From positions 1,936,258 to 2,000,257 of the forward strand of contig NW_003314283.1 of assembly GCF_000143415.4 (NCBI RefSeq): 64,000 nt of DNA, read 5' to 3'. The notes beneath the pieces are model-generated. The model saw only the letters and a list, made by a program, of their open reading frames with translations, made no database searches and was not told the origin of the DNA. This document shows, one piece after another, positions 12,042-24,281 of the stretch. Numbering within the stretch: the first letter of the stretch is position 1; each line of letters opens with the position of its first letter. The position numbers were made by a program, and so were the translations under genes. This DNA comes from Selaginella moellendorffii (taxonomy: Eukaryota > Plantae > Lycopodiophyta).

Positions 12042-13159
12042 TGTCACGAATCGGGTATCGAAAGTTACCTGACAAACACTCTTACCTTACTGCCACGATG
12101 GCAGGAGGTCGGTATTGCTGGACCCTTTATCAGTCCCTCTTGTTCAAATGTTAGTAAACTGAACTTTGCATCTGTACTTGGCCGGATGAGCATAAGGATG
12201 GAATTCCTAAGTGTCTATTCAGCCAAGCATACTTGGCCCGGCTTTTAATTCTCTTTTGCTCTGTCTTGCACTGGCTTGACAAGAACCCTTGCGTATTGAG
12301 ATTAGTCCCTCAATATCGCTACCGTGTTTGCCAAACACCCTCGCTATCATGCCCTTTGTGTTAGTCTCAATTCAGTCCCAAATGCTATTTATGGAAAGTG
12401 TCTAGATTTGCACATTTGGCATATCTACGGAATGTAGAGATTGTCTTGAACACAACGGTGTTCGTCCCATGTCCAAATTCGCAATCTAAGGACATTCCAT
12501 ATTTAGTAAGTTTTGAGCTTGTTGCAGAGACTAACTCTTGATACTAAGGGAGGCTTGGGGTGAAAGCCCAAAGCATGTGTTCCTCAAGGGGTGGGGGGGC
12601 CTGTCGGGGGTTCTAAATGTATAGTAGGGATAGTGGGTAGGTCGAGCATGGCCGACCAACCTGAGGCATAGTCTAGCTTTCGCTTGCGTGCCTGTCCTTG
12701 TTCTGTGTCCAGCTTGGGTCTAAGCCCAAGTTCCATTCCATGCTAGCCGGTGCAGTACCCATGCTCTCTCGTTAGGCCACCGGTATGCCGAAATAGCGCC
12801 AGACTCCGTTTTGTGTGCTGGTCCTGGCATTGGGATGCTGGTTGCTCTAGGACTGTTCCAAGTCGCTCCAGGCTCTTGTTCCTTCACTCCTTGGGTTGTA
12901 TGCTTGGGAGTTACTCCGTGGTTCAGTTCCATCACTCCTTGGCTCCACACTTGGGAGTCTGGCACCGTTCCTTCATTCAATGGCCCAAGGCCCTGAACCA
13001 CAGGTTCCACACCACTGTCCTGTGGACACGTGGCATGGACACGTGGCATGTGACATGTGGCATGTGTCACGTGGCATAAAGAGGGTTTAGGTTCCGCTTC
13101 GTGGTGTTATCCTATGGTAAATCACCATAGGATAAAGGGTCAAAACCACGTGCACTACA
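12042..13159 (+). mobile_element. Solo LTR of family C with TSD CAAGT
   Basis: TGTCACG...ACTACA termini, CAAGT at 12037-12041 and 13160-13164; reverse complement of the LTRs at 44898-46048 and 51050-52183. Confidence 0.95.
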
Positions 13160-13199
13160 CAAGTAAATTCAACAAATAAAATACAAATATAAATATAGA

Positions 13200-13983
13200 T
13201 CCAGACATTAAAAGCAATCTAAAAACACTTCTCAAGCTCCGCAACTGTAAGGCTTGCTTGTGGATGTAATGGTTGATCTTAGGATCTTGGTTTAGTTCTT
13301 GCACAAAAAGGTATTAAATGTGCTTGCAGACTAAATATATCTTTCCAATGTTCTCCATTTATGTAAAATTTGGACAGGTACAAGATGGATTTTTGTATAT
13401 TCTAATAGTGTAGCTCGTATCTTTTGACAACTCAATCACAACAACAAACTCTTTAACCATAGCATTGATGTAATTTGTCTTTGTGATTGTGCACTTTAAT
13501 TCGTTTGCCAACTTGATCTTTTCTTGCATACCTTTCAAAATGGAAGACTTATATTATACAGCCTTCCCATTCCTAGCTGGTCGTGTATCCTGGTCTAGTG
13601 TTGACATTGGTGGCATAATAGTATCAATAGCAACATTTGAGGAAGTCTTTAGCTTGAAACCTACTCTCTCTAGACTTTCAATCTCTTTTTTCAAAAGATT
13701 GCAGCTTCACTTAGCAGCTTCACAAAATCCAGCTTTAAAATAATTGAGCTGTGGATCCCACTTGTATGAGTAACAGTAGTTCCACAATAGTAAATCCAAC
13801 TTGACTGACAGCCCTTTATCCCTAGATCTCGACAGCCCTAGAAACATGGCATTGCTAAAGAACTTGAACTTATGCGAGACAATGAGCTTGACTCCTAATC
13901 ATTCCGGAGCAACATGCATTGCTTTTGGCATTGACTCTTCAAATTGCCCAATTGATACAAGAAATTGGTTTACGAGCAATAAC
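13200..13983 (-). pseudogene. SWIM zinc-finger ORF remnant (MULE-like), mirror of 44074-44850
   Basis: Minus strand YTIRIYKNPSCTCPNFT*...CKHI*YLF gives the CxC...CxH SWIM pattern, with stops. Confidence 0.6.
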
Positions 13984-14340
13984 TGTTGCAAATATAACTT
14001 TAGGTATCGAAAGTTACATATCAGCTAGTCCTTTCAGATATTCTTTTCTTACTACGATGACCGTAGGAGGTTGGTATTGTTAGACCCTTTATCAGTTCAA
14101 GTGTTAGTAAACTAGACTTTGCATTTATACTTGGCCGGACGAGCATAGGGAAAAAATTCCTAAGTGTCTATTTAGTCAAGCATACTTGGCCCGGCTTATT
14201 AATTCTCTTTTTCTCTATCTTGCACTGGCTTGATAAAAACCCTTGCATATTGAGATTAATATCTTAATATTGTTGGATGATAGCTTACCATGCCTGTCAA
14301 ACACCCTTGCTATCATACCCTTTTTGTTAGTCTCAACTCT
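13984..14340 (+). mobile_element. Older truncated family-C LTR fragment (mirror 43720-44073)
   Basis: Starts TGTTGCAA; diverged homology to 12042-12370 (CATACTTGGCCCGGCTT, CTTGCACTGGCTTGA). Confidence 0.75.
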
Positions 14341-16399
14341 ACCCCTATTAAGTAAAAACGAGCTTGGAAAGTAAAAACTAGATGAATTGGTGCCGAGTGA
14401 ACCCATTGATAGTACTCTCAAAAGAAAGATGAAGGGGTCAATAACTTATTCATTCAAGCATCCTCCAATACTTGCGCAACTTCTCATTTCTCAAAAGAAT
14501 CTCTACATCAAGACCATAGCACCAATAAGACATTATTAATACCAAAGCTTCCACTTAGGAAATAGATGATGCTAATCAAAAAATGTCAACAACACAAATA
14601 TGTGTGGCCAACCTTATCACATGTCTAGCAATAAACATTATGGTCATAACTACGTCCTTGCCCTTGTCTTTGAACACAAGCAACAATAGCATCAACTTCT
14701 ATCAGAACAAGATCATCTCCCACAAAAAGTGGCATTAAAGCATATGCAACAATAAGTGAAAGAAGTGATGTTCCATAATGTTATGCTAGTCAAAGAATGT
14801 TGTCTAAGGTGACTGGAGCTAGTGCATATATGAGTCCCATAAGACATTGCTGAAGCATTGGCCACAATATTCCCAATTTATTCCGCTCCGACATAATTGG
14901 CTATATACAAAGTAGGAGGATTTAGAAGTAAAATTGCATCGTTGACGAAAATGACCCCTAATAAAGATAATGCAATTCTTATAAGGCTTGTCAATATGTC
15001 TAAATAATTGTTTGATTGTGCTCAAACCATTGTACCATTGCAATGCTATCCCTTTAAAACATGTGGGGAAATTATATAGACACTAAATATCATCCCAAAA
15101 ATGATAAGTGGTAATCACTATAAAGTGATCAAACTAATGATATACATCATCCCCAAAATTCCCACAAAAGAACTCCAACTGAACTCAATGATGGGCAACA
15201 ATAGTAAGAGATACACCACATGCCATGAATGCCACTATCAATTGAGTCTGATTGTTCAATTGCAATTACATAGCATTGAGAAATTGCACCAACTTTTACT
15301 CTAGAGTCAAAGAAGGAGGAAGTTACTATTTTGCCATAAAGATGAATGGAAAAAAGCAAAAAAAATAAAAAGAAAAAAAGAAATTGAAAAGCTACATAAA
15401 TAAGAGAGATCTAGATAATGCAAAAGCTAAATCTAAACCAAACACTCCTTAAAGACAATTAGAATTACCCTTCACTTCCACTAATATGAGTGCATTAAAT
15501 ATGGAAATGGAATACAAAAATGTGTAATCTCAAAACCCTAGCTTATATACAGGAGCAAGTGGTTCAAATTGAAATCAATTTTATGGCTATCAAAATTCCA
15601 CTATGTTAATATTAATATATGGCATTATCAAAAAAATTATTTTACTTATATTTTATAGAATATTTATATTAATTAATAATATAAAACTAAATAAATATTA
15701 TTATACATGAAAAAGTTCAATATGCACAATAAATATTTTTCAGAAATTGTTCAATAAGGAACTTCTTTACTTTAGAAGTTTATAACTACAGCAAGCTATA
15801 TAAAATTAAATATAAAATGCTAGCTTTCAAAGATGTCATCTTGATCATACATTTTAAATTTAGAAAAATGTTTTAAATTAAAAGAATGACGTTAATTATT
15901 TTTCACTTTAAGGAAAATGGGAATATATCTATGATACCCATATATATTCTATAATAATCCTCAATTTTAATAAACTTTTCTCTAATTCATTTATAATGGG
16001 GTAGGGGATATGGGCAATTCCAAATATAATGGGGATAATGGGTAGGTTGAGGTATGAACTACTTGAGATATTATTTATCTCCCCATTAGGTGTGCTATCT
16101 TTTGTTTTGAATCTTGCTTATATCTAAGCCTAAACTCTACCATGTTAGTTGGTGTATTTTGCTATAAATATGCTAAAATCATCTAGCTTTGTTTTGCATG
16201 TTGATTTTAGAGTTGGAATTCTAAATGCTCTAAAACTATTATGATATTGCTCCATGTTCATGTTCCTTCATTTTTTTGTTATATGCTTAAGAGTTTAACT
16301 TCATCCTTTTGTTCACTGTTAGCTCTAAAACTTAGATTCTGTTCTGGTGCCCTTGTTCAAGGGTTAAATTCCATTTTATAATTATTCACTATAGGGAAG

Positions 16400-17191
16400 T
16401 TATGGTAGCTCTTCATCCTGTTCATTCCATATACTAATATTGTATAGAGTTTTTCTCTCAATAACAGCATAGGATATTGCACTTCCTACCATCAACAAAG
16501 AGAGGTACCAACTGAAAAGCAATGTTCCCATAGCTTTGGACTGGTTGACAAGGTTTTCACTGCCACACTCGATCTTTTGGTGGTGACGAACAAACACTTG
16601 GCAACCCAGAGGCAGGAACGTTGCTGGGAACACAAGAAGTAATGAGAGCTGAAGCAGCCAAATGCCATGGAAGATGATACAAATTGACTTCCAAAACTTG
16701 ATCATCATGGCATTGTGATTCTGTGGCACAAACACTTCCACGAGGCTTGAGAACATACAGGCAGTCACAATGAGCTGTAGAAGCATATGATAATGTCCTT
16801 CCACGCCGACATGATCCGTGGAATGCCAATGAAAGAGGAAGAGTTCTTGGGCGAACGCTGCTGCTTCCATGAGACTTACAAAAGCACTTGGCAAGTGTAG
16901 CTTGGAACGTAAACAGAGTGCATAGATCATGAACGGAATAGCCATGGAGATGTGCTCCAGGTCAGGATAGCTTCGTGTTGGCTGAAGAATGCAGTGGAAA
17001 GTGATGACTCCTGCACTCCCAAGGAAGAGAATGTAAAACTCAGCTGGCTTTGTAATGAGGGAGAGTCGCCCAGGTTTTTCATGGCCTCGAAAACGAGATG
17101 CTGCATTCGTGAGAAGAAGCAAGAGTCCCCAAAAGATGAACGCAATTGCTGGAATACCATGACCAAGGAACACAAGAAATCTGTTTGCCAT
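16400..17191 (-). CDS. TMEM45/DUF716 family multi-pass membrane protein, copy 1
   Basis: Intact intronless 263-aa ORF with GHGIPA, LEHISM, AFAQELFLFHWHSTDHVGVEGHYH, FHGIW and PLGC motifs typical of plant TMEM45. Confidence 0.9.
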   Translation of the reverse strand: MANRFLVFLGHGIPAIAFIFWGLLLLLTNAASRFRGHEKPGRLSLITKPAEFYILFLGSAGVITFHCILQPTRSYPDLEHISMAIPFMIYALCLRSKLHLPSAFVSLMEAAAFAQELFLFHWHSTDHVGVEGHYHMLLQLIVTACMFSSLVEVFVPQNHNAMMIKFWKSICIIFHGIWLLQLSLLLVFPATFLPLGCQVFVRHHQKIECGSENLVNQSKAMGTLLFSWYLSLLMVGSAISYAVIERKTLYNISIWNEQDEELP

Positions 17192-17794
17192 TGTATCACA
17201 TGTTTCCTTGACAAGCTTGAAATTTAAGGTGATGTATCACCGGGTCAAGGACGGTATTCTTATACTCATGTTAAAGCCGGTCATTGGTTGGTTGGCTATT
17301 CATTGATTGACCAGTATTGAAGAGCTTAGACTTTGATCAAAGTAAAATATCGAAAGTTCTGTATCCACCTTGACCAACATTTCTGAGTGACTAACTTCTG
17401 TCATCTTTATTTGTCATGTATTCTTCCATTGACCACCACTATATGCTGGAATACCATGACCAAGGAACACTAGAAATCTGTTTGCCATTGTGTCACATGT
17501 GCTTGAAATTTAAAGTGATGTATGACCGGGTCAAGGACGGTATTCTGACACTCATGTAGTCGGTCATTGGTTGGTTTGATCCGAAGAGCCTAGACTTTTC
17601 AAATTAAAGTATGGAAAGTTCTGTATCCACTGTTCATTTGCCTATTTCTGGGTTTGCTATTGTATTGTCATGTTCTTCCATTGCCTAAACTTTGATCAGA
17701 GTAAAGCATCTGAATCCACCACGACCTAGACTCATGGAGGTCAATTGCTCATCAGCTTTTTCATTTGAGTTCTGGATTAACAAGTTAGCATTTC

Positions 17795-20030
17795 TTAAGA
17801 ACTGCCAAGACGAGGAAGAAATGAAGGTATGCTGAGGCCAATAGATGCGTCCTCATGTTCCTTTGCCCGAAGCTTATACCTCCAACTTTGAAGGCTGTCC
17901 CAGAACGTGATGCCTAAAAATGTGACCCAAAAGCCAATAAACACACCGCAGCCAAATGCCCACACTGAAGCCTCACGGAAGAGGAAGTCCTCCCAACTTT
18001 TGTGACTTGCAGGGTGCTCTTGATCCTTTGTTGCATAGCCACAAGGAGACAATGGAAACCCACAAAGGTTCTTATTGCCTTGGAATGCAAGTGGAAACCG
18101 AGTGTTTAAATTGTATGCCGTTGGGACCAATCCGCTTAAGTTGTTGAATGAAACATTAAAGGCTGACAAAGGCAATTCCCCAAACTCGTTTGGGATCCTG
18201 CCTTGGAGCATGTTCCAGGATAAGTCAAGCGACTGAAGCTTTTTCAAGCTGGAAAGGTTGAGAGGTATGGCACCGGTGAACTGGTTGTGCGAGAGGTTAA
18301 GATGCATTAGTCCAACCAGTTGCCCAATTTCTTCTGGGATGACACCCTCGAGAGAGTTGCTTGAGATGTCCAATGAAGTCATGTTGTTTGCAACAACGAT
18401 CGTTGTCCGATCAAACTGTATCCTTGCGTCGTTGACTATGATGACCAGGCTCAACTCTACCCCTGTGTAAATGCCAAGATTCAAATCCCCACTCGTGTTG
18501 CCCTTGAAACCTTGAAACTTCCAAAGCGCGCGTGGCACCTGCCCTGTGAGCTTATTGTTTGACAGATCTAGAATTTGGAGCCAAATGAGATTGGTGGTGC
18601 AATCTGGAATCTGCCCAAACAGCTTGTTGTATGCAAAAGACAATATCATAATTCCTGACCAGCTGCAAGTTTCTTGACTGTGAAATGGTTCCTACTATAG
18701 TCCATGACTCTGAGATAAGTGGAATTCAAGCTTTTTGCTGGAATTGTGCCGCTCAACGTGTTGTTGGAAATGACAAAGAAGACCAAGCTTGTCAAGTTAC
18801 TCAAGTCAAGCAGCACCTCACCCGTGAAATTGTTCTGCGCAAAGTTGACAACCTTGAGCTGGGAGCAATTCCCTAGCCTTGAGCTAATCTCTCCCTGGAA
18901 CTCGTTCGTTGAGAGATCCAAGTAAACCAGGTTAGTGCATGCACCAAACGTTGGCATTTTGCTCCGTATCAAGTTTCCGTGGAGGTCGAGATAGCCAAGA
19001 TTGGTGCATTTGTCGAGTGGAGGAACTTCATTTCTGAGATAGTTGTCACTCAAGTCAAGTATCTCAAGACGATCCAGCTGGCTAATGCCTTTTGGAATGC
19101 TTCCATCTAGATAGTTTTTGTTGAGGTGCAATTGCTGGAGAGCCTTGATCTCTGTGATCAAATGCGGAATGATTCCTGTCAGGCTGTTAACGTCCAAGCG
19201 AAGTAGTACAACAGGAGAAGACGCATTAAACATGGGAATGTTTCCTGTAAAGTTGTTGTAATGGAGCTCTAGGTGCGTTAGAGATGGCATGCCCACCATA
19301 ACATCCGAAGGAATCGATCCGTTGAGAAAATAGTTTTGCGATAGTCCCAACCACTTTAGCCTACGAAGACCAGCAAAAGAGCCAGGTAATGGGCCATATA
19401 GAAGGTTGTCAGACATGTCTAGAAATGTGAGGTGCGAAAGGTTTCCAAGAGTGATTGGTATAAGCCCCTCCAAATTGTTTGTAAAAAGTGATAAACTTTC
19501 CAATTTCTTGAGCTTACCCAGCGATGGAGATATAGAGCCCGTTAAGGTGTTGTTTTCCAGACTGAGGAACCGCAGCTTGGAGCAGTTCCCAACACTCGAT
19601 GGAATAGACCCGCTCAAGAAATTATCAGATAGCCAGAGCTCAGTGAGATTCTGGAGCTGCCCTAATGTTGCTGGAATATGGCCAGTCAATTGGTTCCCTC
19701 TCAAGTTGAGCTCTGTGAGTGAGGAGCAATTTCCGAGGGTGGTAGGAATTTGCCCCGTTATTTTAGATCGAGCTCTGAAAGATATGAAAGCTGCCCAAGC
19801 CTTGGCGTGAGAGTTCCCACCAAGGCTTCATCAAGATCCACAGAGGATAGATGTATGGACACTACTTGGCGTTTAGAATTGCAACTAATGCCTCTCCAGC
19901 TGCAAATCCCATCCTTGCTTCCTTCATGCCAGTTAGAAAAGGTAGAATTGCTTTGGAACATGCCTTGCTTGAACTCCAGTAGAATTTCCATGTCCATGAT
20001 CTTATACAAAAGAAAGAAAACCTTAAGAGT
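17795..20030 (-). pseudogene. LRR receptor-like protein (RLP), two frameshifts, copy 1
   Basis: LRRNT (CSWRGISC), plant LRRs LxxLxLxxNxLxGxIP, island, C-cap FQGNKNLCG, GxxxG TM helix, short tail, no kinase; split into three ORFs. Confidence 0.9.
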
Positions 20031-20169
20031 TTCATTTCAGAATCATGTGATCATACATCAGACGACAGATTCATGCCAAGTGCGAAGAGAAGTACGATGC
20101 CCCAGAGTCATGGTCTGTGGTCAAAGTCATGCAACTACAAGTTTTAATCTTGATTGGCAAGCATGCTGT

Positions 20170-22351
20170 GCTGACTATGCTGCTGTGCTGACTAGCAACC
20201 ATGCCATGTTTGACACCACACCATAAAAGTAGTGTTGCCATGTCTGTAAGCATGAACAATAGAGAGTAACTCTTGCTCATATGTGGAATAATGTTGTTGT
20301 GCAGGATTCAAAATTTGACTCTCATATGCAATAGGTTGTCCCTCTTGTATAAGAACTCCTCCTAGTGCATAACCACTTGCCATCATATGTCACCTCGTAA
20401 AGTTTTGATGGATCAACATTGCACAGAATTTGAGCCTCGCTCAACAATTGTTTCAACACCACAAAACTCTCCTCTTGTGGCTTCTTCCACTCGAATGGCA
20501 CATTTTTGCGTAACAACCGTGTCAAAGGAATAGCCACCTCTACAAATTTATGCTGGAAACATTGGTAGTAACTAGTTATACCAAGAAAAATGTGTAACTC
20601 GGCCACTAAAGTTGGTGTAGGTTAGTTCTCCACCATAGCTACCTTCCTTAGATCCGTCTTGACACCAATATGGCCTAGATATTTCACCTCTAACTTTGCA
20701 AACTTGCATTTTCTCTTCTTCACATAAAGTTTGTTGTTATGGAGTAACAAAAGAACCTTGCATAAATGCACCTTATGCTCCTCCATATTCTTGTTGAAAA
20801 CAAAAATATCGTCTAAGAAAATCTTCACAAACTCATGAAGATAATGCCCAAATACCTCCATCATCAACCGAGTAAATATGGCTGGTGCATTCGTCAAACC
20901 AAACGGCATAACTGTAAACTCAAAATGCCTGAAGCTTGTGTTAAATGTGTGAAACACCAAATCCCTATGCCCCAAAGTGGAGCCAGAAGGGTGCCACGTG
21001 GTGGTGGCTAAAGCAAAAGCCAAACGAGCGTAACACATTTAGATTGAAAGCTCCGACTTGAAAGGTTGAGAGCGGGAGTGGAACTCCCAACGAAGTGCTC
21101 GAGGAACAAGCACGAAGTGAGTGATAAGTGAGTCTCTAGAAAAAGGACACAAGAGGACCAACACATGACACATGGAAGAGTTTGAGATGGAGCCTAAGAT
21201 GGACCCGAGATGGAGTCTGAGATGGAGTCCGAGATGGACCCGAAATGGACCCGAGATGGAGTTCAAGATGGAGTCTGAGATGGACCCGAGGTGGACCCAA
21301 GATGGAGTCCGAGATGGACCGGAGGTGGACCTGAGGTGGACCCAAGATGGAGTCCGAGATGGACCCAAGATGGACCTGAGATGGAGTCTGAGATGGAGTT
21401 TGAGATGAACCCGAGATGGAGTCCGAGATGGAATCGGGACTGAGACTGAGACCGAGACTGAGATCGAGTCCGAGACCAAGGTTGAGACCGAGACTAAGTC
21501 CAAGTCCGAGTCCGAATACTAATATAGGCAGTTGGGTGAAAGCCCAAAGCGATCATCCCCCGGGGGGGGGGAGCTGCAAGGGGTTCCAAAAGTATAGTAG
21601 GGAGAGTGTGGGGGTTGGATACCAGTGGAGCCAATTTGGCTAGAAAAGGCTAGTTTGGCCCAGGAAGGCTATGCCCAGGTGTTGTGTGATGGGTTAACCA
21701 TTCGAAAGTCCAAGACTAGAGTGAATACAGACCAACAAGTGGGTTAGCTTGGTGAAATGTTCAAGGGCTAGCTATAGTTCCCTCGGGAGATCGAATAATC
21801 GATGCTCCTAGTCCAAGTATGGGTGGCACTACCTACTTGGATACCTGGCGTGGCTCAATGGAACCTCACTCTAAGCCCATGGTTAGAGCACCCAAAGGCA
21901 GAAGGCGGGGAGAGTAAAGAGTGTTAAGGAGTGAATCTAGGATGACCACTCATGGACGGATGGCCCAATCTTTGAGAAATGAGATCGCAATACAAGTGGT
22001 GTTGGACCACTGATGTGACCAAGGTGATTGAGCATGGCCTAGTGTAATGGGCTAATATGTCGGTGGTAATGGGCTAATATGTCGAGTGTCGGTCATGGGA
22101 TCGGACATGTGGAGCACTTGGACCAAGCGCAAAGGTTAAGTGGCATGGATGCTATTTTTGAGGATAACAAGCCCCAAGTCCGGAATAGGACTTATGGAGG
22201 TTGTTAGTGAGACTCCTCCAAGTGGTCAGAGGTGTGGTTAAGTGACTAAAGTAGAATAGAAAAATTAGTCGCTTACAAAATGCTATCTTGGAAATAGATA
22301 CATCATCCATTGCAATCTGATAATATCCACTCCTCAAATCAATCTTGGTGA
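20170..22351 (-). pseudogene. Family-D RT/RNase H fragment interrupted by a family-B solo LTR
   Basis: RSGYYQIAMDD (~22337) rejoins HFEFTVMPFGLTNAPA...IFLDD across the TSD AAATG; homologous to 58930-59745. Confidence 0.85.
20948..22277 (+). mobile_element. Solo LTR of family B with TSD AAATG
   Basis: TGTGAAACAC...GTCGCTTACA; AAATG at 20943-20947 and 22278-22282; contains the GAGATGGAGTCC array. Confidence 0.95.
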
Positions 22352-22435
22352 AACCTCAAAAGGTGGCATAGCATAGTCTAGGGCGATTATATCTCTGTCT
22401 TTTTATGCCGGATCATAACATTGGTATCAGAGGAA

Positions 22436-22650
22436 TGTTATGATCCGGCACAAAAAGATAAAGATCTAATCTCCCTAGACTATGTTACGCCACCTCTTGA
22501 GGTTCCTCACCACCCAACCACCCCTGAGCTACCTCAAAAGCTCCATTGTGCTGTTGCTATAGTATGAGCCCTAGGGTAGGTTAAGTCCCTTATACCCTTG
22601 AGCCTCCCTTTGACCAACGTTGACCATATGGTCAAAACTGACACCTAACA
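22436..22650 (-). repeat. Complete family-D short LTR (~215 bp)
   Basis: TGTTA...TAACA termini; matches 61151-61361. Confidence 0.9.
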
Positions 22651-23087
22651 ATACTTCAGGTGATCTTTATTTTGTCCAAAAAGTAATTATGTATCCCCAC
22701 AAATATAAAAGGCTCGTCAATCACAATTTTCTTCCCGAAGGCCCTTCCTATACCAACCTTCAAAAGAGTTAAAGGTAAACCATTCCCCTACTCACCATTG
22801 TAAATTGCTTCTAGTGTAGACTTTGTATAGCAAATGGATATGGATGGAGATGGGTGTGAGACACAAAATCCCTAGGCCCCAAAGTGGAGCCGGAAGGGCG
22901 CCACATGGTAGTGGCCGAAGCGAGAGCCAAACGAGCGTAACACGTTTGGACCAAAAGCTCCGACTTGAAAAGTCAAGAGCGGGAGTGGAACTCCCAACGA
23001 AGTGCTCGAGGAACGAGCACGAAGCGAGCAAAAGGCGAGGCTCCAAAAAGGGACCCAAAAGGACCAACAAATGACACGTGGGAGTGT

Positions 23088-23627
23088 CCGAGATGGACTC
23101 AAGTTGGAGTCCGAAGTGGAGTCCGAGATGGACCCGAGTTGGAGTCCGAAGTGGAGTCCGAGATGGACCCGAGTTGGAGTCCGAAGTGGAGTCCGAGATG
23201 GACCCGAGTTGGAGTCCGAAGTGGAGTCCGAGGTGGACCCGAGATGGACCCGAGTTGGAGTCCGAAGTGGAGTCCGAGATGGAACCGAGATGGAGTCCGA
23301 GATGGAGTCCGAGGTGGACCCGAGATGGACCCGAAATGGAGTCCGAGATGGAGTCCGAGATGGACCCGAGATGGAGTCCGAGATGGAGTCCGAGATGGAC
23401 CCAAGATGGACCCGAGATGGAGTCCGAGATGGAGTCCGAGATGGAGTCCGAGATGGAGTCCGAAGTCGAGACCGAGACCGGGACCGAGACCGCGACCGAG
23501 ACCGAGACCGAGATCGGGACCGAGACCGAGACCGAGACCAAGGCCGAGGCCGAGACCGAGCCCGAGCCCGAGTCCGAGTCCGAATCCGAGTCCGAGTCCG
23601 AGTCCGAGTCCGAGTCCGAGTCCGAAG
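23088..23627. repeat. 11/12-mer (GAGATGGAGTCC/GAGATGGACCC) and 6-mer (GAGACC, GAGTCC) tandem arrays in the B LTR
   Basis: Seen directly; also at ~21184-21515, 29040-29579 and 57270-57767. Confidence 0.95.
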
Positions 23628-24038
23628 CCTGAGAGGGTGAAAGCCCAAAGCGTTCGTCTCCCAGACCCTGGGGGGTTTGGTGAGCTCCAAAAGTATAGTA
23701 AGGGGGAGGACTGCAGTGGAGCCAGTTTGGCCAGGAAAGGCCAGTTTGGCCAGGAAAGGCCAGTTTGGCCCAGGAAGGCCGGACCCAGTGTTGGGTGATG
23801 AGCTGCCCACTGGGAAGTCCAAGACTAGAGTGAACACAGACAGACAAGCGGGGTAGCTTGGTGAAGTGTTCAAGAGCCGGCTCTAGTTCCCCCGGGAGAT
23901 CGACTGGCCGATGCTCCCAGTCCAAGTGTGGGTGGCACTACCTACTTGGATACCTGGTGTGGCTCAACGGAACCCGCTCTAAGCCCATGGCTAGAGCACC
24001 CAAGGGCAGAAGGTGAGGAGAGTACCCAGGTGGCTCGC

Positions 24039-24281
24039 NNNNNNNNNNNNNNNNNNNNNNNNNNNNNNNNNNNNNNNNNNNNNNNNNNNNNNNNNNNNNN
24101 NNNNNNNNNNNNNNNNNNNNNNNNNNNNNNNNNNNNNNNNNNNNNNNNNNNNNNNNNNNNNNNNNNNNNNNNNNNNNNNNNNNNNNNNNNNNNNNNNNNN
24201 NNNNNNNNNNNNNNNNNNNNNNNNNNNNNNNNNNNNNNNNNNNNNNNNNNNNNNNNNNNNNNNNNNNNNNNNNNNNNNNNN
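24039..24281. other. Assembly gap (N run) within the 5' LTR
   Basis: Run of N. Confidence 1.

Larger units (their letters stand above)
10755..21208. repeat. Left arm of large inverted duplication
   Basis: Mirror-image ORF pairs with constant coordinate sums: 54121/54122 (15600-21208), 58057 (~12600-17120), ~64225 and 64424 (outer part). Confidence 0.95.

Noticed and set aside
14370-16380. AT-rich and possibly decayed coding region (mirror 41680-43690) as a DNA transposon
   Set aside because: I could not identify TIRs, a TSD or protein motifs.
19406-20226. Antisense ORFs over the RLP and TMEM45 genes and many 60-110 aa ORFs in TE interiors
   Set aside because: These are shadow frames without recognisable domains.
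23088-23627. Possible CRISPR array
   Set aside because: There are no unique spacers and no cas genes, and the context is a eukaryotic LTR minisatellite.
22792-23925. Long Ser/Arg/Asp-repeat ORFs in all frames (also 21039-21503, 28744-29877, 57268-57773)
   Set aside because: They arise from stop-free 6/11/12-mer tandem arrays inside LTRs, not from SR-like genes.
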